Origin: Botryllus schlosseri
Taxonomy: Eukaryota
Length of the DNA: 64,000 nt
Direction of reading: 5' to 3'
Assembly: GCA_051294905.1 (NCBI GenBank)
Contig: CM119380.1
Location: 18,848,001 to 18,912,000, forward strand
In this document: piece after piece, positions 52,901 to 63,985 of the stretch
Numbering within the stretch: the stretch's first letter is position 1
Layout: every line of letters starts with the position of its first letter
The notes under the pieces: model-generated
Databases searched by the model: none
Told to the model about the DNA's origin: nothing
Seen by the model: the letters and a program-made list of their open reading frames with translations, nothing else
Translations under genes and position numbers: made by a program

Positions 52901-55900
52901 CAGAGCTACCACGTATGAGGTTTTACTGCCATTGACCAGGATCTATCCTATATATTACTCTTATTTTATCAAATCGTTTGCGGTGAGTGCAATCATTCGC
53001 CGTAATTTCACAAAATTGCCTGTACCGGCATTATGGAGTTGGGATTGTCAGCACTTTCTGTCTCTGCGGTACCTGCACCATTATCGGTTTCTTCACAAAC
53101 ACGCAAATAGTCTTTAAAATATTATAAGCCGTGTATTTATTAGAATTATATTGACATGCCCGGACGCGAACACGGCAGAGTTTGCGATAATTCACGACGA
53201 TTCGCCGGTATGGATTCAGACATCAAATTTTCGGTTACGCTGTCGGCAAGGAAACAATGATTTCCTGATTTGGTCGTTAAATGTATGAGACGGCGCGCTA
53301 AGTACAACTAGTCGCTTCCTCAATTCGTATCTAATCCCCTTCTAAAAAGAACTTCATTAAGGCGAATTAGCAGCTTGAAAACGCGACATTCCTTTGTGTC
53401 TTGGTGGATCACAATTGTAATTATGATCCGAAATGTGGCTAGAATACACCTGTATCCACACGCGGCTCTCCGCCGGCTAAATAAACGAGGAATGATATCG
53501 CACAAATGGAAGGAAACGTACCTGACGACAGTCGCAATTCAACTCCATCATTCCGATATGACGTAACAATGCCACATGAGACATTCGAGTTTTACAGGCG
53601 TGATTTTACGAGCGTCGCTTGTAAAATTGTCAGCTTAGAGGCGGTATTAGATTGAATTTGTAATTGTTAACCACGCTTGGATGTATATAGAATTAACGTC
53701 AATGCGTGCGGTCGTTGCGAACAATTTACACGGTTTAAATAAGGCGTTTTTGCGATTGTGGCATGCTTTCGATTTCATTATACCTGACCACGTCAACTGC
53801 GCACCGTGTGATGTCATTGTTCAAATAATCATTCACATTGGCTAGGACTCATGTAAAACTGTGTAGATGAGTAATCGAACTTGTCCAAATCGTGTTTATT
53901 CAACCACTAATTTACTGTAATCGTCTTACTGCCACCCATGCCATTTAAAGCCACCATGAACTCGCATCTGATTTTGCTTCGAACTGATCGTGCGGGATTT
54001 GCTGCATTTGGAATACGTAATTGTACCTGTCGAGACTTTGATAGGACTGATGACAATATCCAAAACTATGTCGTAGGTCAGACATATATACATTAAGTAC
54101 AAACATACACGGCGTCCTATTCTATCCCAATTATTTCCTACATGCGTCCTCGGTTTAAGGCCAGTTTCTCAGCTGCCACTGCCGCAATGAATTCGCTCTC
54201 ATCTTGCCCCCATTTGTAATTTTGCTCACATTTGTAATTCAATGTCATAAGCTGGCGATAGGCCACTGGAACCTTGGCTCAAGTAAATCACACTACGATT
54301 ATCAGGCATCGAATACCAAGCGCTGCACAAAGGTATTTCTGTAGTACGAATACACGTTGCGCAATGTACAATTGTACATGTACATTCGACATATCCAGAC
54401 CTGGCTTGGCAAAGTCTTGAAAAAGAATGCGGCCCAATCCGCGTTGGCGAGGATGCACTTGAGTTTTCGAAATGGTGGGCGACCTATTTCTTTACTTTTG
54501 AAATCGTGCGAGGTATTTTGATCGAGCAATCGGGCGCTGCGCTGTACACAAATCAATGAAGTGCGCGGGTTTATGGCCAGGTGACGTACATGATAGACTT
54601 GCGATATGGTCGCGGTGTATTGTAGTATCTTCACGCGTTGTCGCGTTAACGTTTATAAATGGTCAGTTGCCGTTGGAAATGTACATCGCGGTAAGTGTGC
54701 CGACTTTTATTGCGACGCAATCCAGGCCGGCGAAATCGCTATTCCCTCAAATCCAAGTCGTTAAACTCATTAGACAATCGTTAATTACTGACTGCGACAC
54801 AGGAACGTTAGTGGAGCTTTTTTGGATGGAACTCGATGTGATCATGCGAGAAAATGACGATTGGACGGAATTGAGTCTCTCGCGTCGCGGTGTATAGCAA
54901 ACTGTCATGTAGAATTGTAAGCCTGTGTGGAATCTAACGACGAGAGCGTCACTCTTGGAGTCAATTGACAATTTTAATATCTTAGAGATGACGACACCGG
55001 TCTTTTTCTCCTTTTGTGCCTAAAAAAAATCTGTTCAGTTGCAAAATTTTCGGTTAAAGAGAGAAATTGGAATACGTTTGATGTTGGAATAGAATGAGAT
55101 GGGTTACGACGCTGGTTGGTCCGCTTTTATTTCCACTATACCACGATTGAGAGAGTGTTGTTGCTCTATTTTGCGCTACTGTACGCGCGACGTAATTGCG
55201 GGCTTACGTTGGTCGCGCGGCCGCTGGTGTCGTTTCAATGCTTGATTGTGCGCTGGAGATTACATAGGATAATTGTAATAGACAATGAATAGTATACGCG
55301 CGGACATTATATAATTTTCCATCGCCGCGATTGAAAATAGTGATCATTACCGGTACGATATGGCAACATGTTGTCGCCGCCTTTATATATGCTACCCCAC
55401 AAAGAGAATCGGTTTCAGATTTCGCAATTAGGAATTGATAGGAAAGACAAACAAGGATCTAGTTGGCGTTTATTATGTCAGACTCGACAGGTGATTATGG
55501 CGATTTTGTCTAAGGTACTGCAGATAAGCCGGGGGATTGCAGGGATTATTATGAGGCGCATAGTTCCAATAGCGAATACGTTAGGTGCCCATTCCAATTT
55601 GGTGAACATAGGTAGCTCAATAATACAGATTATTTAAGATACTTATGAGAAATAATTGAATTCCGTTCGGTTAGTTCAGTTTCTGATGCGTATGAAGGCT
55701 ATGTCCAGTAAAATTGGCGGTGCGGGAATATGCTTGAATGCTATATGTATTATATGGCTCGATGAATCATTGCGTTGCCGGACATTGTTTGGTTTACGTT
55801 TCCCAGTGTTTGTAGTCGACGTTATTAGGGGTGAAATAAATTCAATTGAGTATTTTCGCGTTTATACATTTCCCATCACGGGAAATAGACTCTGCGCACG

Positions 55901-58900
55901 GCGTGACTCAGGCCGTGCCGTTATATACTTGGAGGGCGTTGGTTTGACAAGTGGATCAGTCGAATTATCCGGATCTGGTGATTTAATCTGCTGTAAAACG
56001 TGCTAATCGTTCCTTAAAACAAGCGGAATCCCGTACTGGCGCGCGTTGTCGTTCATAGAATATTATCAGATTATCACGGGCTGAGCAACTATTACACTTC
56101 TTACGAATTGTCATGCCGAAGAATGCCCTGGACGCGTTTATGTGTACCATTGAGTCACTGTCGATTGGTTTTAGACTGTTTCCTCTCAAATCGCATTGTC
56201 TTCCACCGCAAAATATGATGTCGGACGGCCGGTGTTAATACCGGAATGGCCTGTCGTGAACTCAAAATATTGATTCCAAGTCTAATACGACCAGCAAAAT
56301 GAAGGCGCGTTGAACGTACTCGGCTTGCGTCGCTGTAAATGTTTGCAGTTTCGATACCTCCCACAATAAGTTTGTGTACAATTGTACATATGCACTGTGT
56401 GCGGAAGATAATATAAGAGACACCGGGACGAATAAACTGTTTGATTTCGTTGGCGCAGGCGCGTACCGATAGGCGTGGGTGGTTGCGTAAAGAGCTCCAA
56501 CGTTTCCTGTACTGTTGCTGTCATCGGTTGTCAGATCTTACCGCGGGGTGAATCTAAATCGGCTCGGGTGGGACCGATTTCATGTCGTGTCTCTTTGAAA
56601 AACGTAAGATAACATAAAACATCCAGGTAATCGGTTGATTGCCGTGGACATAGGAGTTTAAAGCATAACTGCATGATATGGTGATGTATACGCTCTGTAG
56701 TTCCACGTCTGGTCGCATGTCGCCCGCTGGAGTTAATTGGCGGATGACAAAGAATTTACGGAAAAGGGCGCTCGTTAAAATAGGCACCCGGCCACCAGAA
56801 CGATCGGATCGAGTCGACAGTTCCGCGAAATCTTTTTCTGTTATTCCATATGTCTTTCCTGCTTTCGTCTCGCGGCGTTTGCACGGGTCGTAAAATATCG
56901 CAACGTATTATTGCGACGCATTAATTTATAGGCGAATTATGTGTAGGTCGGATCGACTGATAAATCCGACGCATTTATCCAGATGCATCCGCCTATTTTC
57001 TGGTGTTGATCAGCGGTGCGAACCGTTAATTTGTGACGTGCACCGACTACATCAAGGCTATTAGCGTCTAAACGGCCACCGCACCAGGCCGGAAGCAAAG
57101 GCTTGTAGTGACAGGTCACGACCTTGACTAATATGCAGTATGAGATGTTTAATAGGTGGAGAAGTATCAACATGGTGGTATTCATACACTCGAATGGCTA
57201 TTTCAGAGGACGAGAGAGAGAGAGAAGAGACAATATTTGTATTACATCGTTTGCCTAAACAATATCAAATTGAGACTAATAGGATTAGAGCAAAGAGACC
57301 TTTAAATAAAGTTGTTGTCTTTACAGTATCATTTCAGCGCATAGGTAGATAAGTGGTTACATTATTGCAGATTACGCTGGTTCATTGCGGCCGCTTATAT
57401 TACATCATCAGGTATAATGTATTCACGTCCGAATAATATAGGATAGAAGTATGTGGAATCCTGTACTAATTATAATAATACGTCTGCCGACAAGGGAGGA
57501 TTTGTCGCAGTTTGAAGTGTGTCGTCATTGTGGAACTCGTACGTCTTCATGCGTACATGTTACTCGGTTTTAGGGTCATTTTCGGAATGAGAATGATACT
57601 ACAGCCGAAGGGTCATGTTTGTTGTGCGGTATCTATGAATACAAGTGTGTATCTCACTAACCTTCATACATTCCTCATTTCTAGACGTTAAATTGTTATA
57701 CGTGTTTGTGAATGGAGTGACTTCTGTGATCTATTGAAACATGATACTGGATTAGCGCCTACCTATTCACGTCGCTCCGTGGTAGATTTACAACAAATCA
57801 TATTCATGAACACACACCGCTAAAGCCTGAATCGCGCACACGATACGGGTGCATATATGGGCGCGGGGACTCAGTTCATCACCGAACATGACAAGGATAT
57901 ATTGTTACAAAACTACCTTCGTTTTTTGTATACTGTGGTTGACTATGGCTGAGGGACGTCCAGGACGCAGGAACGATCGTAATCACTTTTATTATCATCA
58001 CGCACCTTTTGTCGAAAGTTCCCGGTTCCGGATACCGTCCTATAGCCGGAATCCCGGGTTATTTCCTACTTCGGCACCGGAGATATCATTCGATATTTCT
58101 GCGTCTCATTCCACTGGTATATTTGGATTTAATAACCGCGGACGATATGCAAGCCTCGGACGAGCGCTGTCTTTCAGGGATCGTAGGATGTTATTAGCGA
58201 GGCGCGTGTGCCAGTGTGGCGTGTCTTCTCGTTTTGATAGAGAACACGTAAGTGTTATTTACTTGGTTTCTATGCACGCCGAGATTTGTGACATTAATTA
58301 GCGCGTGCTGGTATAGTGGATGTCGCTTGTCATAAGTACATAATCACCCAGAATCTCGGAAGGTACCTTCGAGAAATTTGAAAGTTTCCGATTGCCACGA
58401 TCGTACGGATTGACATGTTCCTGTTTTTCGTCCGTGTTTACCGCGCGTTTCCCTGTGTATTTGTTGTCTCGAGATGCACGGGTTAAGACCCGGCGGATTC
58501 GTGGCGAAACATTGAGTGTTGGGAGACTAATCCGCAAATGATCGGTAGGTTTTAGGCCGGATCAGCGGCGTTGGTGTTGTTGAGTTTAGGCTCCAGACTT
58601 CTCCGTGTCTCCATCGTTCCTGAAGGAAGCGTACTTCTGCCGGATATTGTGACTAAAATACTTGACTGTCTACGTTACGCCGGCGCGTGTCAATGCGGGT
58701 TCACGTATTAATCGCCGCAACACACCGATGATCTGTTGTTTCATTGAAAACCGCGGATGTGACAGACTTGTCGTCGGGTCAATTTGTGAACATTTCGAAT
58801 GTATAAATTCCAAACATTGGTGTACTTCCGCTGGCCGTGATGGTACCAAAATTTGATGCCAGTGATAATCTTTGTTGCTTATGTGATTATTACTATTTAC

Positions 58901-61900
58901 TTACTGTCAAAAAGTTATTTTTGCACTTGAATTTAGTTTTTATTTCGGTAATTACCAAATCGCGACATTAATTTAATGTTTTAATGATACACAGAGCTTT
59001 ACTTGCGCGGTTCTGTATTTTCTGTTGGTTTTTAATTGACTCGCACCTTCCACGAATTTAAATGTTTAATATCCACAAAATCGTAACCTTTTATGGTAGC
59101 AAGTTATTTGTTATTGTTACGAATGAAATTGTAATACATGATTTAACACTAAAATAAACGCAACATTCCAAGACTTGCCGGTATTGACCTATACGTCCGA
59201 GCATGGCAGCATATGTAAATTGGGGACGAATAATTATTTAGGGACCGGTAATAGAATTGTTGTTAGAATTGTTTTCCAGATAAACTAAGCCGGTCAATAC
59301 CATCGTCTCGCCACCGTGGGAGAAGATGCGTGGTTTAGGATCGATAATTTCGTTAAAGACATGATTAACGTTTTAATCATCACCTGAGCTTGAAAATACA
59401 CTCCAACAGCGCCATAATCCCATTCTTACTACCGTCTTATTAGCATGGCTGATTGAGGTTTTTTACTTTACGATATCTGCCGTTCTCACGCATTTACCCG
59501 GAGTAAATAATGCGCCGACACTCGGGTTTCGCATAATTTCCACCGTTCGCGTCGAAAGTATATGGTTTGAGACGGAAGAACGCCGATAATTCGACTAATC
59601 TTTACCGCTGCAATGTGCGTTCGAATCTCGGCGGTTTGTAGCCGGGTAGGCAACGGCCATTTTATTTTGAACTGTCGGCAACGCTGTAATTTCGTACTGC
59701 TGTTGAGCTGGACCTTGATCGTAAACGGATTTCAGATGAGTTGTCGATTAGTCCATTTTAAATAAGGTTGTTTTCTGTTCTATAAATAGGTTTACGGTTA
59801 CTCTTCGTGGAATAGTAAAATTAGAGTTCCGTTTAAACCGTTAGGACGATGGTGTCATCAATGCTATTTTTTTCCGTTCCGGAAAATAAGGACCAGTTGG
59901 ATTGGACGTAGTCCTAAAATTGACATGCAGATAACATCTTAACACGATTGAGTATACGCTCAATGACAAAAGCCACTTTCAGACACGATGCTGTGCAGGG
60001 TAAAAGTGCATTCGGTCGATATAGTCTTTGATGCAATAACTATTGCACATGTGCAATATACGTTTGGCAGTGCACGAGCTACGTATATGCGTTGCACATC
60101 CAACGATATGAGCAACATTTGTTTATTGCAGCGAATGTCTACATATTTAATAGCATCTTCACGTCGGTGAACTAATTTGATTGAATTGATAGTTGAGTTC
60201 AAAAATTGAATGAACGGAAATTGAATAGAGTCAGTTGATGAAATTTTCAAAAATTTTTTCAGTATTTTTACTCCGTCAAAGACATCAGCATCGGCGGGAT
60301 GTGTATTTGCCACGGGCACGCCCACGACTGCCCATCAAATCCTCTCGACGGAGTGAGTCATCCCATTCTGTTCCAACCATTCAAACTCAAACTTAGTTTC
60401 ATATTTGTCGGTTTAGAAATTCGTGTGTAAATGCGAGCACCAAACGACCGGCGACAACTGTGAGCAGTGTCTTCCGATGTATAATCAACATCGCTGGAGA
60501 CCGGGAAACGCCGGCTTTGAGTGTGAAGGTGAGAGTTGTTGCTGCGGTTGCGATCTTCCGGTAGCTCTGGAAGGGCTGCTTGTTCTCAGAATGCAATTGT
60601 CACGGACACGCATCGTCTTGCTACTATGACGAAAACGTGGAGCGACGAAAAGGGAGCCTGAACCGGAGAGGGATGAGGATAGGCGGTGGGGTTTGCGTTG
60701 GGTGCCGTGATTACACAACAGGCGTCAATTGCGAAAGGTGAATAAAGGAAAATTGTGCATTTGACTGGTACAAACACGCCAGAAGTTTGATTCCCATGTT
60801 TCGGGCGTAGGTATTTGATAACCCAAATATTTTGAGCTCATATCATTCAAAACATCATGATTTGTGTCTGGTTAAAGCTGGGGTGGGCGGTAACGAAGTA
60901 CTACTAATTTTTCGGAGTACTCAACCAGAATTTGCATACTTGGACTGAACTGGAGTGTACTGGACACAATTCGTTATAGTTTTATAATACTCCCACTACT
61001 ACTTGAATACATTTTAAGGAACAACTACTTAGATCTTACACCTTTGATTTGATGAAGTAGAAAGTCGTTTGGTGATAAGTTTGCATCATTTCTGTGAGTG
61101 AAATTGGTATATGTACCGCGTGAAATAGTCCTGTATCACGGTATGTGAATACATTTTCGAAGAATGCACTTATTTCTAGTGTCGGTATTCGCTAAAATGC
61201 ACTTTGCAATTTCTGAAGGAATAAAATCCGATTAACTGCTAAAAAGTACGCGTCGACCTCTACAAATCAGCTTTTGGAAACTATCTTGAGTACTTTCAAG
61301 ACCTCAATTTTCTGCTTCCACTTGAAGTAGTTTTGACATTTCTTGTACTTGTACTTGTAATTGAGTAGAAATTTACAGCGTCATTTCAACTTCTAATTGA
61401 GTACCAACAATTACTGCCTTGACTTCGCACCTTGCATATACCTTTCTCATTGGGAAGACCACACTTCTAAATATTCGCGCATTTTCAAGTTGCATGGACG
61501 GCTATTTCCGTCCGGCCGATGTCGACCCGAACGGGCGGTTTCCCTGTCAGCGGTGCGTTTGCAACCGTCTTGGCAGTCGGGCCACACGGGACGGCGTGGT
61601 GATGTGCATGAAATCGTTGGAGGACGGGAGAAATAGCGGGACGATGCATCCGGGAGACTGTTTTTGCAAAGATGGATTCGCTGGAGCCAATTGCGATCAG
61701 TATGTTTATAAACTATAGCAGCATATAGTAACCACGGACGGGCAAAATCCGGTGTCTGAGTGATTCGATTCCGAATTGAGTATGAGCATTCTAGTCAAGA
61801 TGAGTATTCGAGTATTCCCAAATATGACGTCAATAGAGCATCTAGATGACGTGTTAAGTTCACAGTTGAATCTTTTATGGGATAAAAAAATGCCAGTTCT

Positions 61901-63985
61901 ACCTCATATAAGGACAATTTTGTATTTGTTCGACGACGCCTATTTCATTCCACTCTATGGCAATACTGTAGCTTGATCGCGAGTTCATGAAAATGTTATT
62001 CCCGTTAACGAAAGTAGCTTGGTACTACATGTTTGGATGCTGTGATTCGATCACTTGAGGTCTCAAGGCTTTCATATTGGGAAATTGCATCGAAACTATA
62101 CTATCTTTGATAAAATATTTCTTAGTGGAAAGGGGCGTATACTTTCAGCAGTCGGAAAAATTGTCCCTTACTATACTATCGGCTCGAATCACTACAATTA
62201 ATACTTTAATACTTGATTCGTATTAGAAATTAGAGTACTCAAATCTAATATCGCTATGATGACTACACTGATACGTATCGACTCGTTATACGTCAGCTTT
62301 CTCTCTTATAGATGTGAGTTCGGATTCACTGGATTCCCAAATTGCAAACCGTGTCCGTGCAATGTAGCCGGGAGCGTCAACAGCGATCCTTGTCTCGGAG
62401 ATTGCATTTGCAAGGTCAGTAAACAATCTAAGGCAGAGGGCAAAGACATTTAAACAACCCTGCTGCGTAATTTGTAGGAGAACGTAATGGGAGTCCATTG
62501 TGACGAATGTAAAAGCGGGTTTTACGATCTTACCAGAAGCTCGGACAAAGGCTGTTCCGAGTGTTATTGCTCCGGAATGTCAATGAACTGCGCTTCGGCC
62601 AGCTTATTCAGGTACATGCCGAGACTTTGAGTCTGCAACAATACGCGAATGAGCACACGTTTTGCTTGCATTCCATTCTTCGAACAATATGTGGCGAGTA
62701 TATTATATAGTGTGTTTTGTATGTAGGCAACACGAATTATGGTGTACATATGTTAAGGTATTTCGTGTGTTCACAGGAAAGTCCTAACTGCTTCGCAAGG
62801 ATGGGACGTTTCGGACAGATACGGTGCGCATAAAACGACACCGCTGTACGACCAAACTCTGAACGAGCCCTATATAGAACACGGCAATGCCACCGACAAT
62901 ATCGGGAATGAGGTTTACTACTGGTCTGCGCCCGATTCTTATCTAGGCAAGTAAACACCTCTAAATTATCTGTAATTGAACAGACTTTGCGCGGATCTAA
63001 TTCAATAACAGCATGAGTTTGGGATTTAGGAACTATCCAATTGCAAACAAGATTTGCTCCAACTCTTTAATCTCAAATTTCGTGATGTACACGTGGATAT
63101 GTGATGTGAGTTTGTCATTGCAATCCTTAAATTTTAGGCAACAAGTTATCCTCCTACGGCGGCGATATTCGGTACAAAATCTACTATGAACTTCCGCTCT
63201 TGGACTACGAATCGGCATTTTTTAACGAGGTTGACGTCATATTGGAGGTGCGTCCGCGGTGTCATTGCACCCTGATACTTCGTAAGTAACATATGACCGT
63301 TATAGGGAGAGGAATTGGTGCTGGAGTTTTCCGCTAGCACGCAAGTCGAGCCGTTTGTCAGTACTGCGTTCACTGTGACTTTGAAAGAAGATACGGGCTG
63401 GGTTGAGGCTAACACGCGATCGCCAGCGACGAAGACTCAATTACTCAAGGTTTTATCGCGCCTACACCGGCTGCTCATAAGGGCTCCGTATAATCACGAA
63501 GGGCGGGCCTTGTTTCGGTATGATTAAATTCAGAAGTGATTTGGCGGATTCGTTAGGCCAGAATTATGTCTCCCAGAATTCGAGACGTGGAAATGGACAC
63601 AGCGACACCAGACGGTGACGGCGCTCTTGTGACATCAGTGGAGAACTGTCGCTGCCCGTTGGGTTTCTACGGTTTGTCGTGCGAAGACTGCGCGCCTGGA
63701 TTCTACCGGTAAGTAGCCCGCGATTTGTAGTTTGACTGAGGTGACAACTATAATACTTTTCAAACGTAGGAAAGGAAAACGCTGCGTGGAATGCCAATGT
63801 AACGGAAAATCTCGAACGTGTGACTTGGAAACGGGTGTGTGCGAGGTACGGTGCGATCTGGTACGGATGTACCAATGGTATTAACCGCCATATCCTCTGC
63901 AGCATTGCCAGAATAGCTCGATCGGAAGGAACTGCGAATGGTGCTTGCCTGGGTATTTCAAGGACGCCGCTGGAGATTGTCAACG
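34322..63985 (+). CDS. LAMA1/2: Laminin subunit alpha, alpha-1/2 type, 3'-truncated by the window (LN, LE1-4, L4, LE)
   Basis: join(34322-34949,37857-38005,38160-38300,48176-48424,49029-49199,60263-60352,60417-60528,60590-60737,61490-61699,62312-62414,62478-62611,62777-62946,63138-63247,63306-63517,63577-63708,63770-63845,63903-63985). Phases are consistent. Motifs: [68 protein letters not shown]. Only four LE repeats precede the first L4 domain, which is the alpha1/2 architecture rather than alpha3B/5. The start codon is uncertain. Confidence 0.93.
36944..37387. mobile_element. hAT-type MITE (TAGGGTTAACAT...ATGGTTACCCTA)
   Basis: TIRs plus TSD tattaatt/tatgaatt (7/8). Confidence 0.85.
37857..38005 (+). 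CDS. LAMA1/2: Laminin alpha exon 2 (start of LN domain)
   Basis: ttgcag acceptor, gtaagt donor; [22 protein letters not shown]. Confidence 0.95.
38160..38300 (+). CDS. LAMA1/2: Laminin alpha exon 3 (LN)
   Basis: ttacag acceptor, gttcgt donor; [13 protein letters not shown]...VTISLDLKQ. Confidence 0.95.
41976..42430 (+). repeat. Partial CAGAGGTGG/AGTAG-rich repeat copy
   Basis: Starts CAGAGGTGGTC; TACT/AGTAG motif clusters; no 3' TIR. Confidence 0.55.
44048..44300 (-). mobile_element. 3' end of an L2/CR1-clade LINE (5'-truncated)
   Basis: Minus strand encodes [22 protein letters not shown], a typical L2 ORF2 C-terminus, then a 3' UTR ending GGCGCTCTATAAAT plus a (TAT/ATT)n tail. Confidence 0.75.
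46905..47428. mobile_element. CAGAGGTGG-family hAT-type MITE
   Basis: Ends CAGAGGTGG / CCACATCTG; perfect 8-bp TSD ATACTAAC at 46897-46904 and 47429-47436. Confidence 0.88.
47453..47953. mobile_element. TAGGGTT-ended MITE
   Basis: Ends TAGGGTTACATT / AATGCAACCGTA; flanks ggtgcatc(ca)/ggtgcgtc resemble a TSD offset by 2 bp. Confidence 0.55.
48176..48424 (+). CDS. LAMA1/2: Laminin alpha exon 4 (LN)
   Basis: cgcag acceptor, gtaagt donor; [25 protein letters not shown]...IEPLKNGE. Confidence 0.95.
48480..48880 (-). repeat. AGTAG/CTACT-rich repeat copy in laminin intron 4
   Basis: Ends CCACCACCTCT; same subterminal motif style as the CAGAGGTGG family. Confidence 0.55.
49029..49199 (+). CDS. LAMA1/2: Laminin alpha exon 5 (LN)
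   Basis: ctttag acceptor, gtgagt donor; [12 protein letters not shown]...[14 protein letters not shown]...DPMVTKR. Confidence 0.95.
50803..50842. mobile_element. 40-bp micro-element with hAT-type signature
   Basis: CAGGGATATCTAG-aactagaactagaa-CTAGATATCCCTG (13-bp perfect TIRs) flanked by perfect 8-bp direct repeats TTATTGAT at 50795-50802 and 50843-50850. Confidence 0.8.
57888..58247 (+). CDS. Candidate alternative first coding exon of laminin alpha (signal peptide plus 97-aa unique N-terminus)
   Basis: gaacATG start; [23 protein letters not shown] signal-peptide pattern; 120 open codons ending at cac|gtaagt (phase 0), matching the phase-0 acceptor of exon 6 at 60263. Confidence 0.65.
60263..60352 (+). 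CDS. LAMA1/2: Laminin alpha exon 6 (end of LN, start of LE1)
   Basis: ttttcag acceptor, gtgagt donor; [20 protein letters not shown]. Confidence 0.95.
60417..60528 (+). CDS. LAMA1/2: Laminin alpha exon 7 (LE1)
   Basis: tttag acceptor, gtgaga donor; [15 protein letters not shown]. Confidence 0.93.
60590..60737 (+). CDS. LAMA1/2: Laminin alpha exon 8 (LE2)
   Basis: tctcag acceptor, gtgaat donor; [13 protein letters not shown]...GGGVC. Confidence 0.93.
60885..61430. repeat. AGTAC/TACT-rich MITE-like repeat in laminin intron 8
   Basis: GGGGTGGGCGGTAACGAAGTAC start and motif clusters; TSD not found. Confidence 0.5.
61490..61699 (+). CDS. LAMA1/2: Laminin alpha exon 9 (LE2/LE3)
   Basis: ttcaag acceptor, gtatgt donor; CMDGYFRP...[13 protein letters not shown]. 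Confidence 0.93.
62312..62414 (+). CDS. LAMA1/2: Laminin alpha exon 10 (LE3/LE4)
   Basis: ttatag acceptor, gtcagt donor; [21 protein letters not shown]. Confidence 0.93.
62478..62611 (+). CDS. LAMA1/2: Laminin alpha exon 11 (LE4)
   Basis: ttgtag acceptor, gtacat donor; [18 protein letters not shown]...CYCSG. Confidence 0.93.
62777..62946 (+). CDS. LAMA1/2: Laminin alpha exon 12 (start of L4); ends at a GC donor
   Basis: tcacag acceptor; [11 protein letters not shown]; donor AG|GCAAGT. Confidence 0.85.
63138..63247 (+). CDS. LAMA1/2: Laminin alpha exon 13 (L4)
   Basis: ttttag acceptor, gtgcgt donor; [16 protein letters not shown]...DVILE. Confidence 0.9.
63306..63517 (+). CDS. LAMA1/2: Laminin alpha exon 14 (L4)
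   Basis: ttatag acceptor, gtatga donor; [15 protein letters not shown]. Confidence 0.9.
63577..63708 (+). CDS. LAMA1/2: Laminin alpha exon 15 (end of L4, LE)
   Basis: cccag acceptor, gtaagt donor; [24 protein letters not shown]. Confidence 0.93.
63770..63845 (+). CDS. LAMA1/2: Laminin alpha exon 16 (LE)
   Basis: cgtag acceptor, gtacgg donor; [21 protein letters not shown]. Confidence 0.92.
63903..63985 (+). CDS. LAMA1/2: Laminin alpha exon 17 (LE)
   Basis: tgcag acceptor, gtatgt donor; [19 protein letters not shown]. Confidence 0.92.

Noticed and set aside
52932-52982. TTG-started TRIY... frame ending at a phase-0 GTGAGT, similar to the start of the alternative exon
   Set aside because: No in-frame ATG (stop at 52869) and no signal peptide; the similarity covers only about 16 nt.
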